64,000 bases of DNA from Trypanosoma brucei (Eukaryota). The translations under genes and the position numbers were made by a program. The DNA lies in assembly GCA_000002445.1 (NCBI GenBank), contig CP000069.1, forward strand, positions 1,248,001-1,312,000, read 5' to 3'. Below, in pieces: positions 52,821 to 64,000 of the stretch (its first letter is position 1; each line of letters begins with the position of its first letter). The notes under the pieces are model-generated. The model had not been told where the DNA came from and did no database searches. It saw only the letters and a list, made by a program, of their open reading frames with translations.

Positions 52821-54440
52821 ATGGTCTCATGGTCCCGTCCTGAATTCGCGGAAGCATTTTTTGGCAAGCTCGTTAGGAGGCGTTGCATATACGCCACGAA
52901 GGCGGCACTCGACAGTAGTCCCTTTGTGCGCGTCCTTGGTTTACTTTCCCTCGTATCACTTGGCGTCGGTGCCGTCGTTGGCGCGGGTATATTCGTTATC
53001 ACTGGTCAGGCTGCGGCACAGTACGCGGGGCCAGGCTTGACAATCTCCTTTGTGTTGTGTATGTTTCCATGTTTCCTTACCGCTCTCTGCTATGGGGAGC
53101 TCGCCGCGATGCTACCGGTTGCGGGGAGTGCGTACACTCATACTTCTGTTGCCCTCGGGGAATTTGCGTCGTGGACAGTGGCAGTGTGTATGACATTGGA
53201 ATGCCTCGTGTCCGGATGTGCTGTTTCTGTCAGTTGGTCTGCCTATGTTCAGGCGTTCTTGAAGCGGTTTTCTTTTGTGCTGCCGCAGCCGTTGAGAAAG
53301 TCTCCGATTGATGTGGTGGGGGGAAGATTTGTCCTTACTGGGAGTGTGGTAAATTTCCCGGCTGTGGTTATCACTGTAGTGTGTTTCGTTGTACTGTGCT
53401 TAGGCGTCGAACAGACAGCCTCTATGAATAGTTTTTTTGTTGTTGTGAAGCTGGCGGCCCTTGTTTGCTTCGTATTCTACGGAATTTATTATTCGCTGGG
53501 AAACTGGGCGGAGGTCAATGCGAACCTAACCCCCTTTGTTCCACCTAACGACGGCCACTTTGGCCACTTCGGCGTCAGCGGTATCTTACGTGGGGCGAGC
53601 GTGGTTTTCTTTGCAAACGTGGGATTTGACACGATATGCGCTAGTGCCCAGGAGTGCCGCAGCCCGCAGCGGGACATCCCGCGTGGTATAATTTTAACAC
53701 TTCTGTTGTGCTCTACTCTGTACGTGATGGTGACGGTTTCGTTGACTGGCTTGGTGAAATACACCGAACTAGGAACTGATGCACCCGTGATTGCAGCGTT
53801 GGAGAAAGTGAAGGCACCGAGCTTTTTGAGACTTTTCATTGAAGTTGGTACCGTAGCGGCACTGAGTTCGGTGTGCTTCGTCTCGTTCTACGCAATGCCG
53901 CGGCTCATTATGGCCGTGGCAAAAGATGGGTTGCTACCGGCCTTACTTACCCATGTTCACGAGCAGTTCAGAACTCCTATTAACGCCACGATATTCTGTG
54001 GTATACCCGCCACTTTTATTTGCGCCGTGTTCCCGTTGGGGATGTTGGGCGAGCTGATATCATTTGGCACTCTGATTGCTCTTGCTTGTGTGTGTGTGTC
54101 CATGTGGAAGATCCGCATTGATCACCCCGAGTTCCACAGACCGTTCGTGGCTCCCCTTTTTCCCTACGTTCCTATTCTCGGGGCTCTCCTGAACGCCGCG
54201 CAACTGTTCTTCCTACCTTTAACGACATGGCGCAACTACTTTGTTGTTATGGCAACAACATCGCTGTGGTACATCGTTTACGGCATCCGCCACAGCACGG
54301 TAGGAGAGGACGGAATCACACGCCGACCGGACTCACTACTTGGCACAGTGGAGCCTCCGTTGTGCGAGGCACTGGAGGGAGTACAGGGAGCCGGTGGCAG
54401 TTTGAGCATTGAGTTGACTGAGCGTTATGTCCATAATTGA
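52821..54440 (+). CDS. Amino-acid permease of the APC/SLC7 (cationic amino-acid transporter-like) family, 539 aa, about 12-14 transmembrane helices
   Basis: Signature GAGIFVITGQAAAQYAGPGLTISF. Multiple hydrophobic helices throughout. The track start at 52812 is TTG. The first ATG is at 52821. Confidence 0.85.
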   Translation: MVSWSRPEFAEAFFGKLVRRRCIYATKAALDSSPFVRVLGLLSLVSLGVGAVVGAGIFVITGQAAAQYAGPGLTISFVLCMFPCFLTALCYGELAAMLPVAGSAYTHTSVALGEFASWTVAVCMTLECLVSGCAVSVSWSAYVQAFLKRFSFVLPQPLRKSPIDVVGGRFVLTGSVVNFPAVVITVVCFVVLCLGVEQTASMNSFFVVVKLAALVCFVFYGIYYSLGNWAEVNANLTPFVPPNDGHFGHFGVSGILRGASVVFFANVGFDTICASAQECRSPQRDIPRGIILTLLLCSTLYVMVTVSLTGLVKYTELGTDAPVIAALEKVKAPSFLRLFIEVGTVAALSSVCFVSFYAMPRLIMAVAKDGLLPALLTHVHEQFRTPINATIFCGIPATFICAVFPLGMLGELISFGTLIALACVCVSMWKIRIDHPEFHRPFVAPLFPYVPILGALLNAAQLFFLPLTTWRNYFVVMATTSLWYIVYGIRHSTVGEDGITRRPDSLLGTVEPPLCEALEGVQGAGGSLSIELTERYVHN

Positions 54441-55131
54441 GTGGGTGGCCTTTGCGACCCGTATTGTATGGTGGGTGAGCTAGAAAAGGGAGAGGGACAA
54501 GCGTATACAGGTTATTTTTTTCATACTTTTTCCTATTAATATACCAGTTTCTCTTTTTTCTTTTCCGTCTGTTGGAAGTAACCTTTTCGTTGCTACACGG
54601 TAAGTTAAAAGTAGGCTGCCTGGAAGTGGGTGTGTCTATGTACATTAGTTTCGAGTTGGCACTGACCAACGGGAGTGGCGATCGCTCCAGGTGAACCGCT
54701 GCCAGATCTGCAAACAGGTTTGGAGCCGGTGACATTTGGGAGGATGTATGCGACAAGCCTGACTGGGGTCTTGAATTTTATTCTTCATTTACTACCGCTG
54801 CCCAAGTCCCTTCGTGTCGTGGGGGGTGCACAACAAAGTTAGACTATATGGACGCATGTGTGTTTGTGCATGCATGTCAGTGTCTGCTTGTGTGCGTCTA
54901 TGCTTTCAGCAATATAGCTTCTCTTTTTTCATTGTTTCATTTTGCTTCTTTCCATCCGATAACAGACAGTGAGGGGACATAAAGATAATTTACACCCGGT
55001 ACATAATTTAATCCAATAGAGGGACGTTAGGTAAAAAAAAGTGTAAAAAAAAGAAAAGAGAGGCTTTAAATCCAAGAGAACGAAAATAAAAAAAAAAAAG
55101 GGAGCAAGTGTTCGCTTCTGAAAGTAAATAA

Positions 55132-56232
<1,101 letters not shown>

Positions 56233-57229
56233 AGTACGCATAGACTACACCGGAGAGGGGTTTATTTTGCTTTCCTCTTGCTTGTATTGCATCTATAGAG
56301 TAAATTTAACTAGGTATCATACAACGTTGTGCTTGATCGAAAAGATTGTGGAAAGGAGGAGGTTAGTTTGTTTTTTTAAAAAGGAAAATAAGAGAGGGAA
56401 AATGAAGTGTAAGAAACGTCTGGGTGCACTTTCAGGTGGGGGCGGGCGACGTGTTACCGTTAAATTGGCTCCTTTGTCAGGGCTTGTGCGTCTTTACCCT
56501 CGGGGGCCCCCTGGGAAATTGGAGAGGAATGTGAAATGGAGGCGGGAAAAGAAAGGCGAATGAATGTCTGTGCGTGCGCGTGACCACGGTGCTGTATGTG
56601 GAAATTTATGAGGGGTGAGATGCCGAAACTAGCGCTGTGTCTTTTTTTTTTTTGCTACTTCGATCCGCTCTCCAGCGGAGTTTCGTGCTCCGCGACCGCC
56701 GTGCCGTGCCCATCTGCACACCTTGTTCGTTTGTTTTTTCCCGCTAAACTTTTTTTATTTACTTTTTACAAACTGACTTTCCTTCATATATCAAAAAAAA
56801 ACTTGTCGACCGTCCCCCCTTCCCCCCTCCCCAACGGTTTCTGTGCAGCAGTGGCCGGCAGTGTGGCGCTTTTTCCCACTCGGCTTTTGAGAACTGTCCT
56901 TTTTACTTCCTTTTGTCGGCCCGACCCAACGAATAGGTAAGGTTGGTTACTTTCATTCCCACCATCTTTTCCCCCTTCCCCATTCTTCTCGTTTTATTTT
57001 ATTTGGACCCACCCGTTGCCACATATTATGCGGTCCATGAAAATGGTAGCAAAATTAGTGCGGGGAAGGCGAAGGGAAGGCATCATTGGAAGGAAACGTT
57101 GAATCTGGACTGGAGGCACTCCTTTCTTCCAGTTAGTGAATTTTCGGGTTTACGTCCCACTTTCCTATTAGTGGTGGTGTCTTCGTTCAAACGCATTGTG
57201 TCGTCACCTTGTTGGATTATTTGCTTGTG

Positions 57230-58084
57230 ATGGAGTCTTTTAAGGGGTTGGCGCGACGAGTAACGCAGAGCGTCAAGGAAAAGGTGAGTAATGTGGAGCC
57301 TACTGAGGAGGATGAGGCACTGGCCCAAGCATGCAAAAAGGTACGCCAGTTGGAGAAGGTTGGTAAAGTTCTTGAGGAAAAGTTTGTGCGTGCTTCCATG
57401 CTCATCGAAGAATTAAGTGGGATACTTAAGGAAATTGGACTGGAGTACATGCGCGTCCCGGATGTGCAACCAGAGTCTGAAAAGGTGGCAAGGGATTTGT
57501 TTTCCCTCGGAAATAGTCTCCTAGACTCCAGTGTAGCACAAAGGAAGGAGCTGAAGGAGGACGGCACGGATATGTTGAGTGCTTTTCTTAAGAATGTGAG
57601 TGTGCTTGATGCTTCAGAGGAGTCGTACCGCAAGTTTCGATTAGAGCACAACTTTCAGCGAGAGAAAGTGTGGAAGTTACGGCGGGCAGAAAGTCAGGAT
57701 TCTGACCGACTCATACGAAACGAATGCAAACTGGAGGACTGGCACGTGAAGTTGTGGACCGCTGGCGAAAAGAGTAGGGCTGCCTGCTCGCAGTTATACT
57801 ACGACGGTCGCACCTCCATTGATCTTAGTGTTATGTCATTCACCAAGGTTCTGTCAGCCTATTTCGGTGCTGTTGGAACCAAAATGAACGAGATGTTCAG
57901 CTCTATTACTCTACCGACGTATTCAACCGAACCTCTGCTTCCCCCAACGAAATTGCCACCTAGTTCAGCGCAACTTTGCAAACCGCCAGTGGGTGGCACT
58001 GCCAGTGTTCCAGAGCCTGACGAGCAGCAACAAAATCAACAAGTAGTGGATAGCGATGTGGTCACAACACATGTGGCAGCTTGA
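57230..58084 (+). CDS. Conserved hypothetical protein, helical, possibly BAR/arfaptin-like (284 aa from the first ATG)
   Basis: The track start at 57209 is TTG. The first ATG is at 57230 (MESFKGLARRV...). Predicted long amphipathic helices. Proline-rich C-terminus. Confidence 0.5.
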   Translation: MESFKGLARRVTQSVKEKVSNVEPTEEDEALAQACKKVRQLEKVGKVLEEKFVRASMLIEELSGILKEIGLEYMRVPDVQPESEKVARDLFSLGNSLLDSSVAQRKELKEDGTDMLSAFLKNVSVLDASEESYRKFRLEHNFQREKVWKLRRAESQDSDRLIRNECKLEDWHVKLWTAGEKSRAACSQLYYDGRTSIDLSVMSFTKVLSAYFGAVGTKMNEMFSSITLPTYSTEPLLPPTKLPPSSAQLCKPPVGGTASVPEPDEQQQNQQVVDSDVVTTHVAA

Positions 58085-59405
58085 TTTCTGCAGAATTAGC
58101 TGCGGTACCTTTTTCGAGGTTGGCAGTTCGTGCCGTGAAATCATTTTTTTGCGATGGGTGGTGCGTAAACGTTTGTGTGGAAAATGTTTACAAAAGCGAT
58201 CGCTGCGTCCGTGTCATCGTGTTTGGGCGTCAAATCGCCTCTTGCTGTCTCCTGGTCTGCCAGCGGTTAACCCTTCGGCCATTTAGTAAAGTGAGGCCAT
58301 TATTTCGAGGCTATCGAAGTGATCAGAAGTTTGATACTCTTTGCACTGACTGTGATTAGTTCCTTGATGTACTGAGGGAAACATAAAGCGCTTATTACTG
58401 TTTTGTTTTCATACGGTTTGTTGACGGCTACATCCACCGCCTGCTGCTCCTTCCTTTTCAACGTGCTGCCCGGTTTGCCGTTGAGAATTAACTTCGGAGC
58501 TCAGTTGCTTGAAGGCGCTGAACGACCACGTTTGGGGCTGTGGCGAGTGGTGCGTTGATTTGTTTCTAGAGGCGCCATCGACCTGCTTTAAGCCATGTTG
58601 CGACCACTAAAGAAAGGCACACTTGTGCATGCCTCGATGATTCTCGTGTGTTTATCGGTCCGTTGCAATGTGTTGAAGACCGTACAGGTCACCATGAATG
58701 CTGCTTCAGAACCAAGCGGGAGAAGAGTACAGACAACATAGGCGGTGTTTTTGTGTGCCGCAGCATGCTGTGCGGTTACTTGTGTGGAATAAGTTGGAGG
58801 AACTCTCTGGAACAATGGGCTTGAAATGTCGAGTTCCACATACTGGTACACTGTGCACATTAACCAGCTATAAGATGAGTGACGGTTGGAGTCGAAGTAC
58901 ACTAATTCTTGCGCCACTAGGTTTACCTGTAACCGTTCTCGGTTGATACAGATTGGTCTAATCACTTTTTATTAGCTGTGCACCGGTCCATGCACTCGAC
59001 TTCATGCTGAAGCATCATTAACTACCTGTTCAGCTTCCGGGTGATCCAATCGCTCGCAGATTTCACCGAGTGGACGCCGCTACGTGCAGCTACTCGGTGC
59101 GTTGTGAGGTCACTTGACGATGGCGGTTTGTGGCAAAGGTGGCAATGAATTCGGAAGTGGCGTGTTGTTTCGTTTTGCCACGTTATAACCTACCAAGGTG
59201 CGTGTCTGGAGGTGAAAGTGACCGTTTTCGTTGCCTTGTTGCCTCCCAACTTCTCTTTATTTTCTTCCGTATACATAATACGGCTAATACCGCTGTTCCC
59301 CTTTTCGACATTTTTTTTGTCTCCTTTCCCACTGCTTTGTTTAATTAATTCTAACCCTCATTTTTCGTTGCTGTATTTTGAAGGCAGAGGGGAACCGTAA
59401 AGAAT

Positions 59406-59969
59406 ATGAAGATCAAGTCGCACGACCAAATCACCTTCCCTGAGGATGTCACCGTCTCCGTAAAAGACCGCATCGTAACGGTGAAGGGGAAGCGTGGCAC
59501 GCTCACAAAGGACTTGCGTCATCTGCAACTTGACTTCCGCGTGAACAAGAAGCTCCGTACCTTCACTGCGGTTCGTTGGTTTGGTAACAAGATCAATAAC
59601 TCAACCATCAACACCGCGCTCTCGCACGTGCGCAACATGATCACTGGTGTTACAAAAGGGTTCCGCTTCAAGGTGCGTTTCGCATACGCTCACTTTCCCA
59701 TTTCTGTGACGGTGGAAAACCAATTGGTGGAGATCCGTAACTTCCTTGGGGAGAAGCGTGTCCGCCGACAAGTGGTGGCAGACGACGTGAAGGTCTATCG
59801 TACGGATGCTGCACTTGTCAAGGATGAGCTCGTGCTCGAGGGGAATGACTTGGAACAGGTGTCTCGTGAGGCTGCTGTGATGCATCAGCTCTGCCTAGTG
59901 AAGAAGAAGGATATCCGTAAGGTTCTTGGACGGCATCTACGTGCAGACAAAGACCAACATCGAAGTTGA
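59406..59969 (+). CDS. RPL9: 60S ribosomal protein L9 (uL6); in this sequence the last ~16 codons are out of frame relative to the conserved L9 C-terminus
   Basis: Strong uL6/L9 similarity throughout (FPEDVTVSVKDRIVTVKGKRGTL..., AYAHFPISV, VEIRNFLGEKRVRR, LVLEGNDLEQVS). As printed, the ORF ends KVLGRHLRADKDQHRS*. Removing one G in cttGGacgg (about 59927-59928) would give KVLDGIYVQTKTNIEVDE* ending at TAA 59974-59976. That restores the universally conserved DGIYV C-terminal motif. Confidence 0.85.
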   Translation: MKIKSHDQITFPEDVTVSVKDRIVTVKGKRGTLTKDLRHLQLDFRVNKKLRTFTAVRWFGNKINNSTINTALSHVRNMITGVTKGFRFKVRFAYAHFPISVTVENQLVEIRNFLGEKRVRRQVVADDVKVYRTDAALVKDELVLEGNDLEQVSREAAVMHQLCLVKKKDIRKVLGRHLRADKDQHRS

Positions 59970-60861
59970 TGAGTAAGAGGATTTCTCCCTTTCTGACCTG
60001 CCACATTTTTTTCTTTTTCCTTTTCATCTTATTTACTCATTTTGCGTCGAAATACTGTTCCTACCAAGGAGTTTCTTCGGTGGCCATGGGTGTCTTCGAT
60101 GGTTCGAATAAACCGACGCCCACCCCTGCATTGTAGTCTGGTGATCCCCTGGAGATGCCACATTAAGTATAACTTTCTCATATTTTTCTAATTTACATTC
60201 CCTACGCGTCTTGCGCTTGGGAGTCGAAGGAAGGTCATGAAGTTTCCTCTCAGCTATCTAGAACTTACGGGAGGAATCCCCTCTGTAGTGTTTTCGGTGG
60301 AGGGCGGGATAACGCTTCCACATAAATACACTTCCTCCGGTATTTCTTACTGTCTTGTTGGGCGTAGGCGCTGCTGTTGAGGGTGTGAGTGATGGGACGG
60401 CGGTTAATGCTGTTACTGAGCTGTAAGCGGGGCGGATGGATAATGCCACTTCATCATCCCGCTGCTTCAATGTTTTCAGCGCCTCTTAGTTACCGGCGGC
60501 TGTCGGCGTGGCGTGTAGGTCCTTCCACGGAGATCTTCTCTGCTTGTAACTACACAAGTTTTTATACTTGCGGCGGCGTATTTCACGTTGCGATGCCTGA
60601 GCTATTTCGTATTCAACTTAGGCGTTCACCGTTTGCTTCACCCGGGTTGAGTTACACGCGGTAGAAGACATTAATACATGTTACATTAAAAGTGGACGGA
60701 TATTTCTTTTTTGTTTTCTTTATTTTTTACCTTCTCTGTGCTGTTACGTTGTTTCGGGAATCCACACTCCTTTGTGTAGGGGCTGCACCCACGGTAACAA
60801 AAAAGGGGGTAGAACATAGAGACAGCACGTGGCGTGCGGGCGTTGGCTCCTTATCTGAGCC

Positions 60862-61833
60862 ATGAGATCGTCTCCCCGTTTAGCCATGTCCATGTGGGAT
60901 AATCCTGCATTTGAACACAACCCCCTCACCCGCTACTGGAAGCGCATGATGAAGCGCAGCGGTGAGACGCTTACTTCTCATAGTATTCCTCGACACATAC
61001 ATGGGTATATCGAGTCATCGAATCCTCGCACAGAGTGCCTCGTCAGGTGGTTTCCCTACAAGCAGCAGATGACTGTGGATGGCCGCTACGTACCAACCCT
61101 CGGTGACATTATCTACACGCATTACTTCCCAAAGCAGCTTGACGACGACCAACGGGTTAAGTACGTCGCTTTGAAGACTAACAGGTCTGAGTTGGAGGTT
61201 GCGGAGGAGCTCTTTCTAATGCGCAAGATGAAGCTGTTTGTCTCACAATTACTTCGGAACAAGCTGCAAAATAGGCCTTTGAGAATGCCGGATGGAGTTG
61301 ACTATTCGGGCATCGAACGTCGCTACACGCTTGGCATCGCCAAAGTGGCGCAAGCAATGGGTATGAGCATGTACCGCTCGCAGTCGTACGACCCCACTGT
61401 AGTATATTCGCCTTATTTAGATTTTGGTGATTGTATTGACTGCGTCTGCACTAAGCAGCTGCGGACTTCGAGCCAGTATTTGCTTTGCGAAGTCGCTGTG
61501 CATCGTGGCATTGCACGGAGCCGTTTGACTGACGTGACAGAAGATCCAAAGGAACCCCTATCGCACCTTGAACCATCTCTCTACGAGTTCGTCAAGTTGA
61601 GACTGGGTATACTCGCGGTTGCAGCAAAACAGGAGCATTATGTTGTCGACCACATGTTTGACGGGGGACATAGGTACGGCGGGTGCCTAATCCATCTCTT
61701 CCCTTCCCCACTCGATCCAGAAATCATCGATCATGAGGTTGAGCATATTGAGCTGGATCTTGATCTGGCGCGGCGCTGGATGAAACACTACTACGACCAC
61801 TACGTCGCTCCCAGGCGATCGGGGCTTGCATAG
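60862..61833 (+). CDS. Conserved hypothetical protein (323 aa)
   Basis: ATG verified at 60862. Globular composition. Orientation matches the array. No recognisable domain. Confidence 0.55.
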   Translation: MRSSPRLAMSMWDNPAFEHNPLTRYWKRMMKRSGETLTSHSIPRHIHGYIESSNPRTECLVRWFPYKQQMTVDGRYVPTLGDIIYTHYFPKQLDDDQRVKYVALKTNRSELEVAEELFLMRKMKLFVSQLLRNKLQNRPLRMPDGVDYSGIERRYTLGIAKVAQAMGMSMYRSQSYDPTVVYSPYLDFGDCIDCVCTKQLRTSSQYLLCEVAVHRGIARSRLTDVTEDPKEPLSHLEPSLYEFVKLRLGILAVAAKQEHYVVDHMFDGGHRYGGCLIHLFPSPLDPEIIDHEVEHIELDLDLARRWMKHYYDHYVAPRRSGLA

Positions 61834-62630
61834 TGTGACTTTGTGGTCCATCATATCGTGTGGCTATTGATGTTTCTGCATGTTGCTGAGAAGCTTTTAG
61901 CTCAAGTGGTTGGTTTGCGGGTTCGTGTCGCACACAGATAACCTGCAGAGGCGGGGTGCCGTGGTGTCAGTTTCCCCCAGAACCGTTTAATGAATCTCGT
62001 TCTTGGAGGCCGTCACTGTCTGTCGCTTCTTGGTGCTTTTGGAAGCTTTTTCATTGCTAGGAACGCCTCCTTGTACAGGGAAAGTGCGTCCGCACCGAGA
62101 CGGCAGTGACACCTCAATCTTTTCCGTGCTATATGATTTGGTCTTAGAGGACATAGCGACTATCTCAACCCTGGAGACTAGTATCTTCTCGACGAGGATT
62201 CATAATGGAGAAAAGCGCTGTAAAGGGCAACAGAAGTAGCATCGTGTTTCGACTTATGATTGGACAGATGAAGGGTGAGAAAGTGAATACCTGTGAGAGA
62301 AGTGGTTCCCCCTCCGCACCGACATCGAATAGCAAGCCCATGCATATATGTTTGTTTGTATGCGCGTCAAAGTTGTTGGATACCATCGTTCGCGGTTAAA
62401 AAAAAAAAAGAAACAGGTTTGTCTCTTTTTGTTCGTTGAGGGACTTTGACTTCCTCTTTTTGTCGCTTTCACTACCCTTTGGAGTTGTCATATTTACTTT
62501 TTCACTGGTTGTTCTCTTTCTATTGCCTCTCTCGTCTTTCATACTTGCAGCCCCTCTGCGTTCAGTTTTAGGCCGCGACAGCGTTTTTTTTTCAATTAAT
62601 TTTGCGGCGACTTTCGTTTGACGTACAGCA

Positions 62631-64000
62631 ATGACGCACGTTGGTGCTGCGCACAGCTTGCCTCCTCAATTTGATTCGCTTAGCCCAGAGGAGGTTGACA
62701 TGCTTCGTGACTCTTTCATTTATATGGACCGTGATAACGATGGTCACGTGAGTAAGGCTGAGTTACTTGATATGGTCTTTCGCTGTGTGGGTGAGGAGCG
62801 GTATGGACCATTGGTTTCGTACCTTCTTCCGCTGTTCGATGTGGCCGACAAGGATGGTGATGGCAAATTGAGTCTCGCCGAGTTCGTAATGTCTTTTGTT
62901 GATGGTCCTGGTGTTGTCCCGGCGGAGGTAATAAATAGCTGCGTGTCGTCAATTCGCGTTCGTCTCACAGATGAAGAGATTGTAACGCTGCAGGATTCGT
63001 TTCGCCGCATCGACACGAAGGCTGATGGCTACATAGACAGGGAGGAACTGCTTGCTGCTCTTAAGGAGAATCTCAAGGATACATTCCCCGATCTGAGAGA
63101 GAACAACTTTAATGACATCGTCGCCGTTATTATGGCCAGCGCGGATGTGGACAACGACGGTCGCTTATGCTTATCAGAGTTCATTCGTTCTTTTCAAGAA
63201 GACCAAGGCGTGTTGCCAGCCGTGTTTGTGGATGCAAGATCGAATGGCTTTGTGCAACATCTTTCACCGGCGGAGGTTGAGGTTCTCCGGGAGGCCTTTG
63301 CGACATTGGACAAAAACCACGATGGTTATGTGGAGTTTGCTGATATATACGAGTCGCTGTGGGAGGCCGTCTCCGACGAAAACTACGACAAAAATCAAAT
63401 ATATGAGCTCTGTGATCTCATAATGGTCACAACAGACCGCAGCAAAAGCGGCGTCCTAACTCTGGGGGACTTTGTTCGGGGGTTTATTCGTAACGTCACC
63501 TTGGTGCAACTTCCCGTCGCAACTGCACATGAAGAAATACTACGTTGTTGCGAACGTGTGCAACTGTTGTTCGAGAGTGGTGAGCTGGAGCGGCTTTCAG
63601 GGTACACTGAAACTGGTGAAAACACAACGAAATGTGTAAATCCTGGTGGCCTCGTGTCTGTACTTAGCAACGTGTTTCGCGATGGCTTCCCTCTGCTGGA
63701 GGAAGAAATTCTTTCATCCGTAATAGGTGCCCTCGTGGCTGCGTCTGAAAACGATCTAGATAAGAAATTTGGAATTGAGGAGTTTATTTCATGCTTCGCC
63801 GGGGGTCCGTGCTCTTCCTCTGACGGTGTCGGGTTGCTGGATCACGAGAACGCTATTTCTGAGTCAGACGTCCAAACTGTTTCGAGGCTCCTCAGGGACC
63901 TGGGGAAAAGTGCTGATGAAGGCGGAAATGTGCAAGAGCCATTTGTGCTGGAGGCTGTCAGAAATACCTTCCGCGATGATCCAGAGAAGGCAGACCGTGT
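62631..64000 (+). CDS. Multi-EF-hand calcium-binding protein, 3'-partial (first 456 aa; continues beyond the window)
   Basis: ATG at 62631, open to the window end. It is absent from the ORF track only because no stop falls inside the window. Repeated canonical EF-hand loops: DRDNDGHVSKAEL, DKDGDGKLSLAEF, DTKADGYIDREEL, DVDNDGRLCLSEF, DKNHDGYVEFADI. Confidence 0.8.
   Translation, partial: MTHVGAAHSLPPQFDSLSPEEVDMLRDSFIYMDRDNDGHVSKAELLDMVFRCVGEERYGPLVSYLLPLFDVADKDGDGKLSLAEFVMSFVDGPGVVPAEVINSCVSSIRVRLTDEEIVTLQDSFRRIDTKADGYIDREELLAALKENLKDTFPDLRENNFNDIVAVIMASADVDNDGRLCLSEFIRSFQEDQGVLPAVFVDARSNGFVQHLSPAEVEVLREAFATLDKNHDGYVEFADIYESLWEAVSDENYDKNQIYELCDLIMVTTDRSKSGVLTLGDFVRGFIRNVTLVQLPVATAHEEILRCCERVQLLFESGELERLSGYTETGENTTKCVNPGGLVSVLSNVFRDGFPLLEEEILSSVIGALVAASENDLDKKFGIEEFISCFAGGPCSSSDGVGLLDHENAISESDVQTVSRLLRDLGKSADEGGNVQEPFVLEAVRNTFRDDPEKADR

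Overview
This window reads as nuclear DNA from a kinetoplastid, most likely Trypanosoma brucei or a close relative. The evidence is the dense, intron-less, unidirectional gene arrays, a pyrimidine tract followed by AG upstream of each ATG (trans-splicing architecture), (TA)n and (GT)n microsatellites, and a distinctive gene content: AdoMetDC with its catalytically dead 'prozyme' paralog, a membrane-domain-less HMG-CoA reductase, and a 358-aa all-MORN-repeat protein matching TbMORN1. From memory of T. brucei synteny (not a database search) it resembles a chromosome 6 segment.

Architecture:
- Genes from about 1 to 30,200 are all on the minus strand and transcribed leftward.
- Genes from about 37,580 to 64,000 are all on the plus strand and transcribed rightward.
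- Between them lies a roughly 7.4-kb divergent strand-switch region at 30,207-37,580 with no convincing gene. It has an exact C12 run on plus at 32055-32066 (that is, G12 on the leftward strand) and a G12 run on plus at 36818-36829. There is a ~20-unit (GT)n tract about 200 bp upstream of the G12, and there are two GC-rich islands. This is the known signature of divergent RNA pol II start regions in trypanosomes.

Leftward array, right to left:
- two small mitochondrial-looking ORFs
- a 407-aa hypothetical
- an 801-aa coiled-coil protein with a degenerate FKBP-like domain
- HMG-CoA reductase
- an SF3b14/p14-like RRM protein
- an ERK-rich coiled-coil protein
- a helical-repeat hypothetical
- TRAP-beta
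- a 167-aa hypothetical
- valyl-tRNA synthetase
- AdoMetDC prozyme
- a 3.9-kb gene-free spacer
- AdoMetDC
- a PPR-like protein
- a possible gene start at the left edge

Rightward array, left to right:
- Glu/Gln-tRNA synthetase with a possible mitochondrial presequence
- a DEAH-box helicase
- an ankyrin-repeat protein
- a PPP-type phosphatase
- a 904-aa hypothetical
- RAD23
- an APC-family amino-acid transporter
- MORN1
- a 284-aa hypothetical
- ribosomal protein L9 (uL6), whose C-terminus is frameshifted in this sequence
- a 323-aa hypothetical
- a 5'-partial multi-EF-hand protein at the right edge

The supplied ORF track uses bacterial-style alternative start codons (GTG/TTG/CTG shown as M). 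Several track starts are therefore not ATG and in places are translated polypyrimidine tract. I reset those genes to the first in-frame ATG; this is seen in the printed sequence.

I found no tRNA, rRNA or CRISPR array, and no clear mobile element.
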